Assembly (NCBI GenBank): GCA_016191555.1
Contig: JACPVX010000038.1
Location: 1,506 to 65,505 of the forward strand
Reading direction: 5' to 3'
DNA: 64,000 nt
Source of the DNA: Bacteroidota bacterium
GTDB taxonomy: Bacteria; Bacteroidota; Bacteroidia; Cytophagales; Cyclobacteriaceae
This document shows, piece after piece, positions 28,975-37,220 of this stretch (its first letter is position 1; each line of letters opens with the position of its first letter). The notes under the pieces were generated by a model that worked only from the letters and a program-made list of their open reading frames with translations, ran no database searches and had not been told where the DNA came from. The position numbers and the translations under genes were made by a program.

Positions 28975-31056
28975 TCAATGCACGTTTAGCCTGCTGTGCG
29001 TTTTGATCAACAATCGTTGCACTCCGACTGCTGATGGGTAGAACAGCAACAAACTGTTTTTGTTATCGAATTTTAATTGACCCGGTGTGTGTTGCACTTC
29101 AAATCCTTTTTCGAAATGGAATGCGGGCAAGAAAATTTCGGTGGGAACGGATACATCTCTGGATGAAGTAAATTCCAGATAGAAAATGCCATCGTCTTTA
29201 TTGAAGAAGTAGTTGATGGGTTCACCAGCTATTTTGTAAGGATATGGCCGAATAGCTGCTGCTACTGCGCGGGCTCCTTTATAATCAGCTGATTTGGTTT
29301 TCTGAGATGTTGTGCTGAAGATGGAAAGGTCTTCGCCATTCCATCCATCGCCATGCGTATTGGTATTGTCTGTGGTGTAATTCCAAAGTGTGTAGCTGAG
29401 TTGATTGGATTCCATCGCTTGAAAAGATCGATCGAGGCAATCTTCCTGATCTTGATAATTACCGGTGCTGTACGAATCTTTTTCGTGCAAGTCCATGGGA
29501 ATACCAAATTCTCCTATCAGCGTGGGTTGGTTGCCGAGTGTACGTTGCGTTTCTTCCTTGAAGGCAGCCATGTTGTTGTGAAATGTTTTTCGGATGGTTG
29601 ACTTACCAAAAACCGGCTTTGCCTTTTGCGTGTCAACACCAAACCATGTGGAATATTCTTTTAATAAAAGTGTGGCGCCATCGTACCAATGTTCAGCATT
29701 GACCATGTGTTGGCTTATTTGTGAATCGAAGACAGGTAATTCCGTATGCAATGCAGCTTCGGTGAAGATGAGCCACGAGCTATCCACCGAGTGAATGGCT
29801 TCAGCAAATTTTGCCGCAAAAGGTTTGAAATAATTTTCGGTAAAATTGACGCGCTTACCATTTCTGATTTTAAAATAATCGGGTTGCAATAGAACCGGTT
29901 TCTTTTCTGCATCGTAGCCCCACACACCGGCTTGTTGCCAAATGTCGGGCGATGATTTTTTCCAGGCGGATAAATGATTGGGGTTGAGTTTTACTTTTTC
30001 CACTTCAGTGGGACCACTCAACTTAAACTCGTAGCGACCTACTTCTACAGTGTTTCCGCTTCCTGCTACCATACCTTGGAAGTAGGTGGGCATCAATCCG
30101 TTTTTCAGCAGTCCGAGCGAATCTAAATCGTTGATGCCAATGTATCCTGTGGATGGCTCGTTGAATGTATCAAAGCCAATCACATTGGGCATTCCTTTTA
30201 GTTTGAGCGCTACTTGAAGAATGGCGTTGATGTAATGTGATTGTAAATAGTCTTGTGCTGAGATGCTATCCATTTTTGCTGCGGGTGCAAAATCATTTCC
30301 GCCAAAGAATAAGGTGAACATGGTGGCCGCGGCCAGCTTATCATAGTTGGTGGGCCAAATCATTTTTGGGAAAGGATCACCTTCTACATTGTGAATGACG
30401 GCCGCACCGGTTTCGGAAAACTTGAGCGGATCGAAGCCTGCTTTTTCCAACGTCCAATATGGAGCGCCATCGCCACCGCTAAACCGGCTCCATACATCCT
30501 GATGGGGATCGATGAATACGTTGATGTGATGCTCGGCTGCTTTTTTTACAATGGTTTGAATATAGTTGAGATACTCTTCATCGTACTTGCCGGGGCCTGC
30601 ATGTTCAATGGCTTCCCATGTGATTAGCAAGCGAATGAACCGATATCCCCATTTATGTAAACGCTGAAAATGCTGATCGGCTTCGGCTAATGGAAACGGT
30701 CGACCGACAAACGAAACGGTGTAAACGCTTTCATAAAAGTTTTCTTTCTGATAGCTGGGAATGGAAGGAGCGAAAGGTGTTTTGCTGCTTCCACTTACGT
30801 TGATGCCGTGAAGAATCATCACGCGACCCAGCGGATCGCGAAACCAGCCGTCTTGTGCGACTATATTTTTCCGAGTGCTGTCATTCGAGTTTAACAGTGC
30901 GGTTCCTTCCGGAATGTTTTTGCTGTTGGTTAGAATTAACCCTTGGGTATCAACAGATGGAAATGGATTATCGGTAAACAAATACCAGTAGCCAAACACA
31001 ACTAGCACCAGACTGATCGCTCCCACTATTCGAAGGATGCGCAGGAATCGTTTCAT
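28975..31056 (-). CDS. GH5 endoglycoceramidase-like glycosidase, membrane anchored
   Basis: RLLITWEAIEH.GPG.YD, DPHQDVWSR..GGDGAP, FDTFNEP (acid/base), IGEFG (nucleophile), WNGEDLS. Confidence 0.88.
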   Translation of the reverse strand: MKRFLRILRIVGAISLVLVVFGYWYLFTDNPFPSVDTQGLILTNSKNIPEGTALLNSNDSTRKNIVAQDGWFRDPLGRVMILHGINVSGSSKTPFAPSIPSYQKENFYESVYTVSFVGRPFPLAEADQHFQRLHKWGYRFIRLLITWEAIEHAGPGKYDEEYLNYIQTIVKKAAEHHINVFIDPHQDVWSRFSGGDGAPYWTLEKAGFDPLKFSETGAAVIHNVEGDPFPKMIWPTNYDKLAAATMFTLFFGGNDFAPAAKMDSISAQDYLQSHYINAILQVALKLKGMPNVIGFDTFNEPSTGYIGINDLDSLGLLKNGLMPTYFQGMVAGSGNTVEVGRYEFKLSGPTEVEKVKLNPNHLSAWKKSSPDIWQQAGVWGYDAEKKPVLLQPDYFKIRNGKRVNFTENYFKPFAAKFAEAIHSVDSSWLIFTEAALHTELPVFDSQISQHMVNAEHWYDGATLLLKEYSTWFGVDTQKAKPVFGKSTIRKTFHNNMAAFKEETQRTLGNQPTLIGEFGIPMDLHEKDSYSTGNYQDQEDCLDRSFQAMESNQLSYTLWNYTTDNTNTHGDGWNGEDLSIFSTTSQKTKSADYKGARAVAAAIRPYPYKIAGEPINYFFNKDDGIFYLEFTSSRDVSVPTEIFLPAFHFEKGFEVQHTPGQLKFDNKNSLLLFYPSAVGVQRLLIKTHSRLNVH

Positions 31057-31080
31057 AAGAAAAGAAGTTCGGTGATGAAA

Positions 31081-32397
31081 TTATTTTTCAGAATACAAAA
31101 GATACTTGCTTCTTTTTTTCTTGAATTCAGTCAAGTCTTTTTTCCACGTGGCGCGAATTTGTTTTTCGGTCATGCCTTTTCTGATTTGCTCTTTGAGGTT
31201 TTTCGTTCCGGCTAGTTTATCAAAGTAAGGAATGAAAAACTTTTCCTTGTCGGGAAATTGCTGGTAGAAACGGATGAGGTGCTTGAGCGAAATTTCGTGG
31301 GTGGTTTTTTCTTTACTCAGGTCGATGCCGTAGCACACTTTGTTTTCATGTGGTGGATTTTTGGCCATGCCCACAATGGTGATGGGTGTAAATTGAAACG
31401 GCTGATTTTTTAAATCGGGGTGGCCGATCCACTCGAAGGGATGTTGTGTGCCGCGTCCTACACTCAGTGCAGTGCCTTCAAACAAACAAGTAGATGGATA
31501 CAAGGCGATGGCTTGATCGTTCGGTAGGTTGGGCGATGGCTTGATGGGAATGGAATAGAACATGGCGTGGTTATAATTTTTCATGGGCACCACTTCGAGC
31601 GGACATTTCTTTTTTCCTTCCAGCCATCCTTCGCCATTGATCATTTGTGCATATTCGGCAATGGTGAGTCCGTGTGCGATGGGAATAGGGTGCATGCCTA
31701 CAAATGATTTAAGAGCAGGATCGAGCAAGGGTCCATCGACCATGTTGCCATGCGGATTGGGGCGATCGAGTACAATTACTTTTTTGTTTTGTTCGGCACA
31801 AGCTTCCATTAAGTAATGCAAGGAACTGATGTAGGTATAAAAACGTACGCCTACATCTTGAATATCGAAGATGACAATATCTACATCGGCAAGTTGGGCA
31901 GCTGTCGGTTTTTTGTTGGAACCGTAGAGGGACACTACGGGCAAGCCGGTTTTTGCATCGGTGCCATCTTTTACGGTTTCGCCTGCATCGGCATCGCCCC
32001 GGAAGCCGTGCTCGGGAGAAAATATTTTTTGAATAGCTACGCCTCTTTTTTGAAGAGAATCTACGAGATGCGTTTTGCCGATAGTGGCCGTGTGATTGAC
32101 CAACAACGCCACGCGCTGCTGACCTAATTTAGCGAGCAGCACATCGAGTTGCTCGGCACCCATTTGTATTTTCTGCGCTTGCGATGCGGTGAAGCTGAAT
32201 AGAATGAGTAGTAGTGTGATGACGCACCGAGTGGAGTAGGTAGCATCGGCCAGGGATTGAAGCGAAAAGACACGCTTGCTTGAACTGTTTAAATTGACTG
32301 TTGCCTGTTGGCGTGGCTTGTAGCGTAAAGCCCGGTGCCCCGTTGCGCCTCGCAGGGGCAGGCCGCCAAGTACATGTGTGTGTGTGGTATCAATCAT
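31081..32397 (-). CDS. namZ: Exo-beta-N-acetylmuramidase NamZ (DUF1343) family
   Basis: FSPEHGFRG, SLYG, FDIQDVGVRFYTY, DRPNP, PSPNLP; ATG 32397 has an A-rich upstream context. Confidence 0.9.
   Translation of the reverse strand: MIDTTHTHVLGGLPLRGATGHRALRYKPRQQATVNLNSSSKRVFSLQSLADATYSTRCVITLLLILFSFTASQAQKIQMGAEQLDVLLAKLGQQRVALLVNHTATIGKTHLVDSLQKRGVAIQKIFSPEHGFRGDADAGETVKDGTDAKTGLPVVSLYGSNKKPTAAQLADVDIVIFDIQDVGVRFYTYISSLHYLMEACAEQNKKVIVLDRPNPHGNMVDGPLLDPALKSFVGMHPIPIAHGLTIAEYAQMINGEGWLEGKKKCPLEVVPMKNYNHAMFYSIPIKPSPNLPNDQAIALYPSTCLFEGTALSVGRGTQHPFEWIGHPDLKNQPFQFTPITIVGMAKNPPHENKVCYGIDLSKEKTTHEISLKHLIRFYQQFPDKEKFFIPYFDKLAGTKNLKEQIRKGMTEKQIRATWKKDLTEFKKKRSKYLLYSEK
32243..32367 (+). ncRNA. Flavo-1-like structured repeat element, copy D (antisense, inside the namZ 5' coding region)
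   Basis: GCATCGGCCAGGGATTGAAGCGAAAAGACACGC...GCGTGGCTTGTAGCGTAAAGCCCGGTGCCCGTTGCGCCTCGCAGGGGCAGGCCGCC. Confidence 0.72.
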
Positions 32398-32434
32398 TTT
32401 CTCTAATTTGCTGGAAATCAAATTTAGTTATTCT

Positions 32435-33799
32435 TTGAACCTTTCGTACTTCATTTCGAAAAGACTTAGGCAAAGTACCTCGGGGGGATTTGCATCGATC
32501 ATTCATAAGATTGCGGTGGCCACTATTGCCGTTGGCTTGGCAGCTGCGATTGTTTCGTTTTTGATTATGCAGGGATTTCAAACTGCGGTGAAGAATAAAA
32601 TTTATGGGTTTAGTAATCATTTGGTGATTACCAAGTTTACGATGAACAATGCGGTGGAAGAACAGCCTTTCAATTTTCATATTGGGTTGTATGAAAACCC
32701 AGCCCGGTTTCCGTTTGTGAAACACGTGCAGGAGTACAGCCACAAAGCAGGTTTAATCAAAACGGAGGGTGAGGTGTTGGGAATTGTTTTTAAAGGTGTA
32801 GGGCGAGGAACTTCGAATTTTGCAGAGTCGCCAGACTACTTTACAGATAACATGGTGGAGGGGCGGTTTATACATTTTAACGATTCCACATATTCGAAGG
32901 AAGTGGTAATCAGTCGGGTGATTGCCAATAAGATCGATGCTAAAGTAGGCGATGACATTATCTTACATTTTTTTCAAAACCCTCCGCGCTTTCGCAAGTT
33001 GAAAATTGTAGGCTTGTATGAAACGAATTTGTCGGACTACTTTGATGGGAAAGTGTTGATTGGTGATTTGCGAATGGTGCAGCAACTAAATGGCTGGACT
33101 GCCAACGAGGCGGGCGGCTTGGAGGTGACGTTGGATATGAATCAGTTTGGTGCTTTTGATTTGTGGAGTAAGGGCTTGCCTTTTAATCACACGGAAATTC
33201 CGGCAGAGAGCGATACACTTTTTTTTGAGGAAGCACCGCCCTCATCGGTGTTTTCGTTTGATTACGATCGGGCAGCGTTGGAAAATGCAAGAATTAATAT
33301 TGCCAGCTCGATGGACTATGATTTGAATGTGGAGTCGGTTCGCGACCGATTTATTCAAGTGTTTGAATGGCTTGATTTGGTAAAGCGGCAGGTAAAAATT
33401 TTGCTGGGCATTATTTTGTTTGTGATATCGATGAATATGATTTCGGTGATTTTGATTTTGGTGATGGAACGTGTGCCGATGGTGGGTGTGCTAAAAGCAT
33501 TGGGTGCTACGAATCGGACGGTGCGTGCGGTGTTTATGTATAATGGGATGAACCTAATTGTGCGCGGGCTTTTGTGGGGAAATGTGATAGGCCTTGGGAT
33601 TTGCTGGCTGCAAGACCAATTTAAAATTATGAAGCTGAATCCGCATGATTATTATGTAAGCTATGTGCCGATTGAATGGTCGGTGCTGACAGTGATTGTG
33701 CTGAACCTCATTATTTTTGGAATGGTGACGTTGGTGCTGTTGTTGCCTACTTATTGGATCGTTAAAATCAATCCGGTGAAGGCCATTCGGTTTGATTAA
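32435..33799 (+). CDS. ABC transporter permease, LolC/E (FtsX-like) family
   Basis: TTG start giving MNLSYFISKR; ER...GVLKALGA, YYVSYVPI, INPVKAIRFD. Confidence 0.9.
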   Translation: MNLSYFISKRLRQSTSGGFASIIHKIAVATIAVGLAAAIVSFLIMQGFQTAVKNKIYGFSNHLVITKFTMNNAVEEQPFNFHIGLYENPARFPFVKHVQEYSHKAGLIKTEGEVLGIVFKGVGRGTSNFAESPDYFTDNMVEGRFIHFNDSTYSKEVVISRVIANKIDAKVGDDIILHFFQNPPRFRKLKIVGLYETNLSDYFDGKVLIGDLRMVQQLNGWTANEAGGLEVTLDMNQFGAFDLWSKGLPFNHTEIPAESDTLFFEEAPPSSVFSFDYDRAALENARINIASSMDYDLNVESVRDRFIQVFEWLDLVKRQVKILLGIILFVISMNMISVILILVMERVPMVGVLKALGATNRTVRAVFMYNGMNLIVRGLLWGNVIGLGICWLQDQFKIMKLNPHDYYVSYVPIEWSVLTVIVLNLIIFGMVTLVLLLPTYWIVKINPVKAIRFD

Positions 33800-33822
33800 T
33801 AGACCCATCGGAAATTTTTTGT

Positions 33823-33853
33823 TTTGGATTTCTGGCTGAAACTTCTACATTTG
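33823..33853 (+). promoter_or_regulatory. Bacteroidota sigma70 promoter (-33/-7)
   Basis: TTTG (33823-26), 19-nt spacer, TACATTTG (33846-53); GTG start 5 nt further on. Confidence 0.7.
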
Positions 33854-33858
33854 AAACT

Positions 33859-34398
33859 GTGAAAAGAACCATTACCCTCATTTTACTCATCGTATTCCTG
33901 CTCAATGTGGTGGGATATTATGGTGTATTTGTGGGTTTGCGCTTCTCTTCTGAGGTGGCGATGCGTCAACAATTTGACGATGAAAATTACGATCAGCAAG
34001 AGGTAACTATTAAGGTGCCGATTACGATTCCTTACGCTACTGACTCCAGAGATTTTGAACGTGTAGACGGTGAATTTGAGCACGAAGGCCAAGTATACCG
34101 ATTGGTAAAGCAGAAATTGCAAAGCGATACATTATATATTGTTTGTGTAAAAGACCAGCAAACTCAAACGATCAATCAGGCGCTGGCAGATTACGTGAAG
34201 TCGTATACAGACAAACCTTTCAGCGCCAAGCAAAGCGCTAAAACAGTAGCCCAGTTTGCCAAAGATTTTATTTCGTGCACTACTTCAGTAGAGCCATTAA
34301 CAAGTGGTTGGAATTTCTCCACCCGTCAACTTATTTCATCCACCGAGCTTTATAGCTTTCAATTCAATCAGCACATTGTGCAGCCCCCCGAGGCTTAA
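33859..34398 (+). CDS. Hypothetical protein with N-terminal TM and C-terminal QPP motif
   Basis: GEFEHEGQVYRLVKQKLQSDTLYIVCVKD core; ends HIVQPPEA. Confidence 0.75.
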   Translation: MKRTITLILLIVFLLNVVGYYGVFVGLRFSSEVAMRQQFDDENYDQQEVTIKVPITIPYATDSRDFERVDGEFEHEGQVYRLVKQKLQSDTLYIVCVKDQQTQTINQALADYVKSYTDKPFSAKQSAKTVAQFAKDFISCTTSVEPLTSGWNFSTRQLISSTELYSFQFNQHIVQPPEA

Positions 34399-34522
34399 TT
34401 CGGTTTTTTTCTTTGCGTCTGTCTCAGACGCGTTTGTTATCCAGTAATCATTTTTAATCAACTGTAGTAGCTGTTTGGCTACGAGGTAATTTTTCTTTCA
34501 CGATGCATATCCAAAAAATGGT

Positions 34523-35470
34523 ATGCTGTTTAAACCTTTTCTATCTATGACAAGATATTTACTTGCCGTGAGTATTTCGATTGTTTCGCTCTATTCAGCC
34601 AGCGCGCAAACAATCACCGATCACCTGATGATGCCGAAAAAGGATTTCTGTACCGGCTTTATGTACACCTACGACCAATGGAAAAATTATTGGGAAGGAT
34701 CGCTAAAAAGAGATAACCAAAACATTGGAACGCTCACAACTACACAAATTATGTGGGTGGGCAATTATGGGTTGACTGATAAGATCAATCTGATTGCCAT
34801 GGCACCGTATGTCACAACGAAAGCGAGTGGTGGAACTTTGGTAGGATTGGATGGCATTCAGGATTTGACACTGGCGGTGAAGTACCAGTTTTTAGGAAAG
34901 GAAATTGGAACCGGGAAATTATCTGCGTTTGGCGTTGGCTCATTTTCTACTCCACTCACGAATTATACACCCGATTTTTTACCACTCTCGATAGGTTTAC
35001 AAAGCACAACTGTGTCGGGTCGTGTAACGGCAGCTTACCGAATGAATCAGGGATGGTTTGTCAGTGCTTCAGGGTCTTACATGTGGCGCAGCAATGTTTC
35101 GTTGGATCGACCATCGTACTATACAGATGGCAATATTTATTTTACCAATCAGGTGTGGATGCCCAATCAGTTCACCTCTACCTACAGCATAGGCTACCAC
35201 AAAAATGCGCTGCAAACAGAAATTAATCTGACCCAACAAAATACATTGGGCGGTGGCGACATCCGCAAACAAGATATGCCCTTTGTTTCCAACCGAATGA
35301 ATTTTTTGAAGGTGGGCGTTTTGGGAATGTACTATTTACCCAAGCCTAAAAACTTTGCGGTGCGTGCTCAGATTTCTTATACCGTAGACGGCCTTAATGT
35401 GGGTCAGTCGTTCAGCGTAATGGGTGGCATACTTTACACATTTCATTTTGCTAAAAAAGAAAATCAATAA
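34523..35470 (+). CDS. Putative outer membrane beta-barrel protein
   Basis: Signal peptide, alternating aromatic beta-strands, terminal GILYTFHF; start may be ATG 34547. Confidence 0.7.
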   Translation: MLFKPFLSMTRYLLAVSISIVSLYSASAQTITDHLMMPKKDFCTGFMYTYDQWKNYWEGSLKRDNQNIGTLTTTQIMWVGNYGLTDKINLIAMAPYVTTKASGGTLVGLDGIQDLTLAVKYQFLGKEIGTGKLSAFGVGSFSTPLTNYTPDFLPLSIGLQSTTVSGRVTAAYRMNQGWFVSASGSYMWRSNVSLDRPSYYTDGNIYFTNQVWMPNQFTSTYSIGYHKNALQTEINLTQQNTLGGGDIRKQDMPFVSNRMNFLKVGVLGMYYLPKPKNFAVRAQISYTVDGLNVGQSFSVMGGILYTFHFAKKENQ

Positions 35471-35476
35471 TTGATT

Positions 35477-37042
35477 ATGAAGATATTTACTATACGCTTA
35501 TTTGTCGTTGCACTGATTCTGATTGTATTTCCATTTAGCTGCAAAGACATTACCGGAACTGAAGCCTTGTATCCGTATGTGCCAACTAGTGTGGATGCTA
35601 ATGCGGGCACCTGGTTGCCCATTGTATTAACTTCCAACAGTCAGATTGTTGTGCCTGCTCCAACGGCTCCAAACTCTGCAGCCTACTTGGCCGAATTGGC
35701 TTCATTAAAAGACATTCAAAGTAAGCTGACATCCGATCAAAAGAAAACCATTGAGTATTGGAGTGTAGGTGGAGTGTTGCGTTGGAATCAAATCTTTCGC
35801 AAGCTGGTAGCGCAATATAATTTGCCTCCGGTTCCCAATCCCGATGGCAGTTATCCTACACCGGATGCCGAAAACCCATTCAGCAATCCACAGTTTCCAT
35901 TTTCTAATCCACCGTATGCGGCACGTGCGTATAGCTATGTGAGTGTGGCTATCTACGATGCATTGAAAGCAGCATGGTACTATAAAGATTTTTATAAAGC
36001 GACTCGCCCTGATTCGCCTTATGAAGTCGACAACGGAGTGCAGGCATTGATGCCTAAAATTGATTTGCCTCCGTATCCATCGGAAGATGCAACCATGTCG
36101 GGAGCAGCAGCAGAAATGTTGAAAGTATTATTTCCCGCTTCGGTAGAGGAAATCACTAAACTAGCGGCAGACCAACGCAACGCGGCATTGTGGTCTGGAA
36201 GAGCAACTTCCAGCGATATTACAGCAGGATTGAATTTAGGTAAGTCTGTAGCTGGGTTTATTACAGCAGCAGGTACCGGACGATTTAGAACCGATGGAAT
36301 GGGTGCCGCCATTGGAACACCTGCCCAATGGAAAGTCTTTGAGAATGATGCGATCACGAAGGGCGAAATTCCATGGATTAGTTTGGATGTGCCGGCACGC
36401 CCACCGATGCTTCCGTTTTTCGGAAATGTAAAAGCTTGGAACCTCTCACCGGCACAAATTGTGAGTGAACGTCCGTTGCCGCCACCTTCTACTTCATCTG
36501 ATCAGATGAAGCAAGAGCTTGCCGAGGTGAAACGTTACGCTTCGGGCGTAACCCGTGAGCAGATGGCGATTGTACATAGGTGGGCAGATGGTGCAGGAAC
36601 ATACACCCCTCCAGGACACTGGAATGATATTGCAGAAGAATACATTCGCGATGCAAAGTTTAGTGAAGTGCGCGCAGCGCGTGCCTTTGCATTACTCAAC
36701 ATGGCACTTCATGATGCCGGAGTGGCTTGCTGGAATACAAAATACTTTTATTTCAATCCGCGTCCTACGCAATTAGATCCATCGATTAAAACTTCAACGG
36801 GTATTCCCAACTTCCCCGCGTACGTGTCAGGTCATTCTACGTTTTCAGCTTCGGCATCTACCGTGTTGTCTTATCTATTCCCACAAGGCGCTACCAGTTT
36901 TAGTTCGATGGCCGATGAGGCATCCAACTCACGCTTGTATGGTGCAATTCATTATCGCTCGGATTGTAAAGAAGGCTTATCGCTTGGTAAACGAGTAGGT
37001 GGTTATACAGTAAACTATGCTATGACTGACGGAGCGAATTAA
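35477..37042 (+). CDS. PAP2/vanadium-dependent haloperoxidase-like lipoprotein with two tandem domains
   Basis: Lipobox PFSC; C-terminal K.....RP, YVSGHS, SRLYGAIHYRSD; degenerate N-terminal copy. Confidence 0.85.
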   Translation: MKIFTIRLFVVALILIVFPFSCKDITGTEALYPYVPTSVDANAGTWLPIVLTSNSQIVVPAPTAPNSAAYLAELASLKDIQSKLTSDQKKTIEYWSVGGVLRWNQIFRKLVAQYNLPPVPNPDGSYPTPDAENPFSNPQFPFSNPPYAARAYSYVSVAIYDALKAAWYYKDFYKATRPDSPYEVDNGVQALMPKIDLPPYPSEDATMSGAAAEMLKVLFPASVEEITKLAADQRNAALWSGRATSSDITAGLNLGKSVAGFITAAGTGRFRTDGMGAAIGTPAQWKVFENDAITKGEIPWISLDVPARPPMLPFFGNVKAWNLSPAQIVSERPLPPPSTSSDQMKQELAEVKRYASGVTREQMAIVHRWADGAGTYTPPGHWNDIAEEYIRDAKFSEVRAARAFALLNMALHDAGVACWNTKYFYFNPRPTQLDPSIKTSTGIPNFPAYVSGHSTFSASASTVLSYLFPQGATSFSSMADEASNSRLYGAIHYRSDCKEGLSLGKRVGGYTVNYAMTDGAN

Positions 37043-37065
37043 AAGATCTTATTAGTTAGGGGTTG

Positions 37066-37104
37066 CGGTGTCGGGGTCGAACAAACCCGGCACCGTTTTT
37101 TTTT
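37066..37104 (+). terminator. Rho-independent terminator
   Basis: CGGTGTCGGG-loop-CCCGGCACCG followed by a T tract. Confidence 0.85.
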
Positions 37105-37220
37105 GAAGAAAGTATAATCGATAAAATTGCAAACGGTTTCGTTTTAATTTTGGTTGTAGGAATTGCAAATTCTCCGATCAGCATCTTGCATGATTCCCAC
37201 TGATTAGTATCTTTAAAGAA

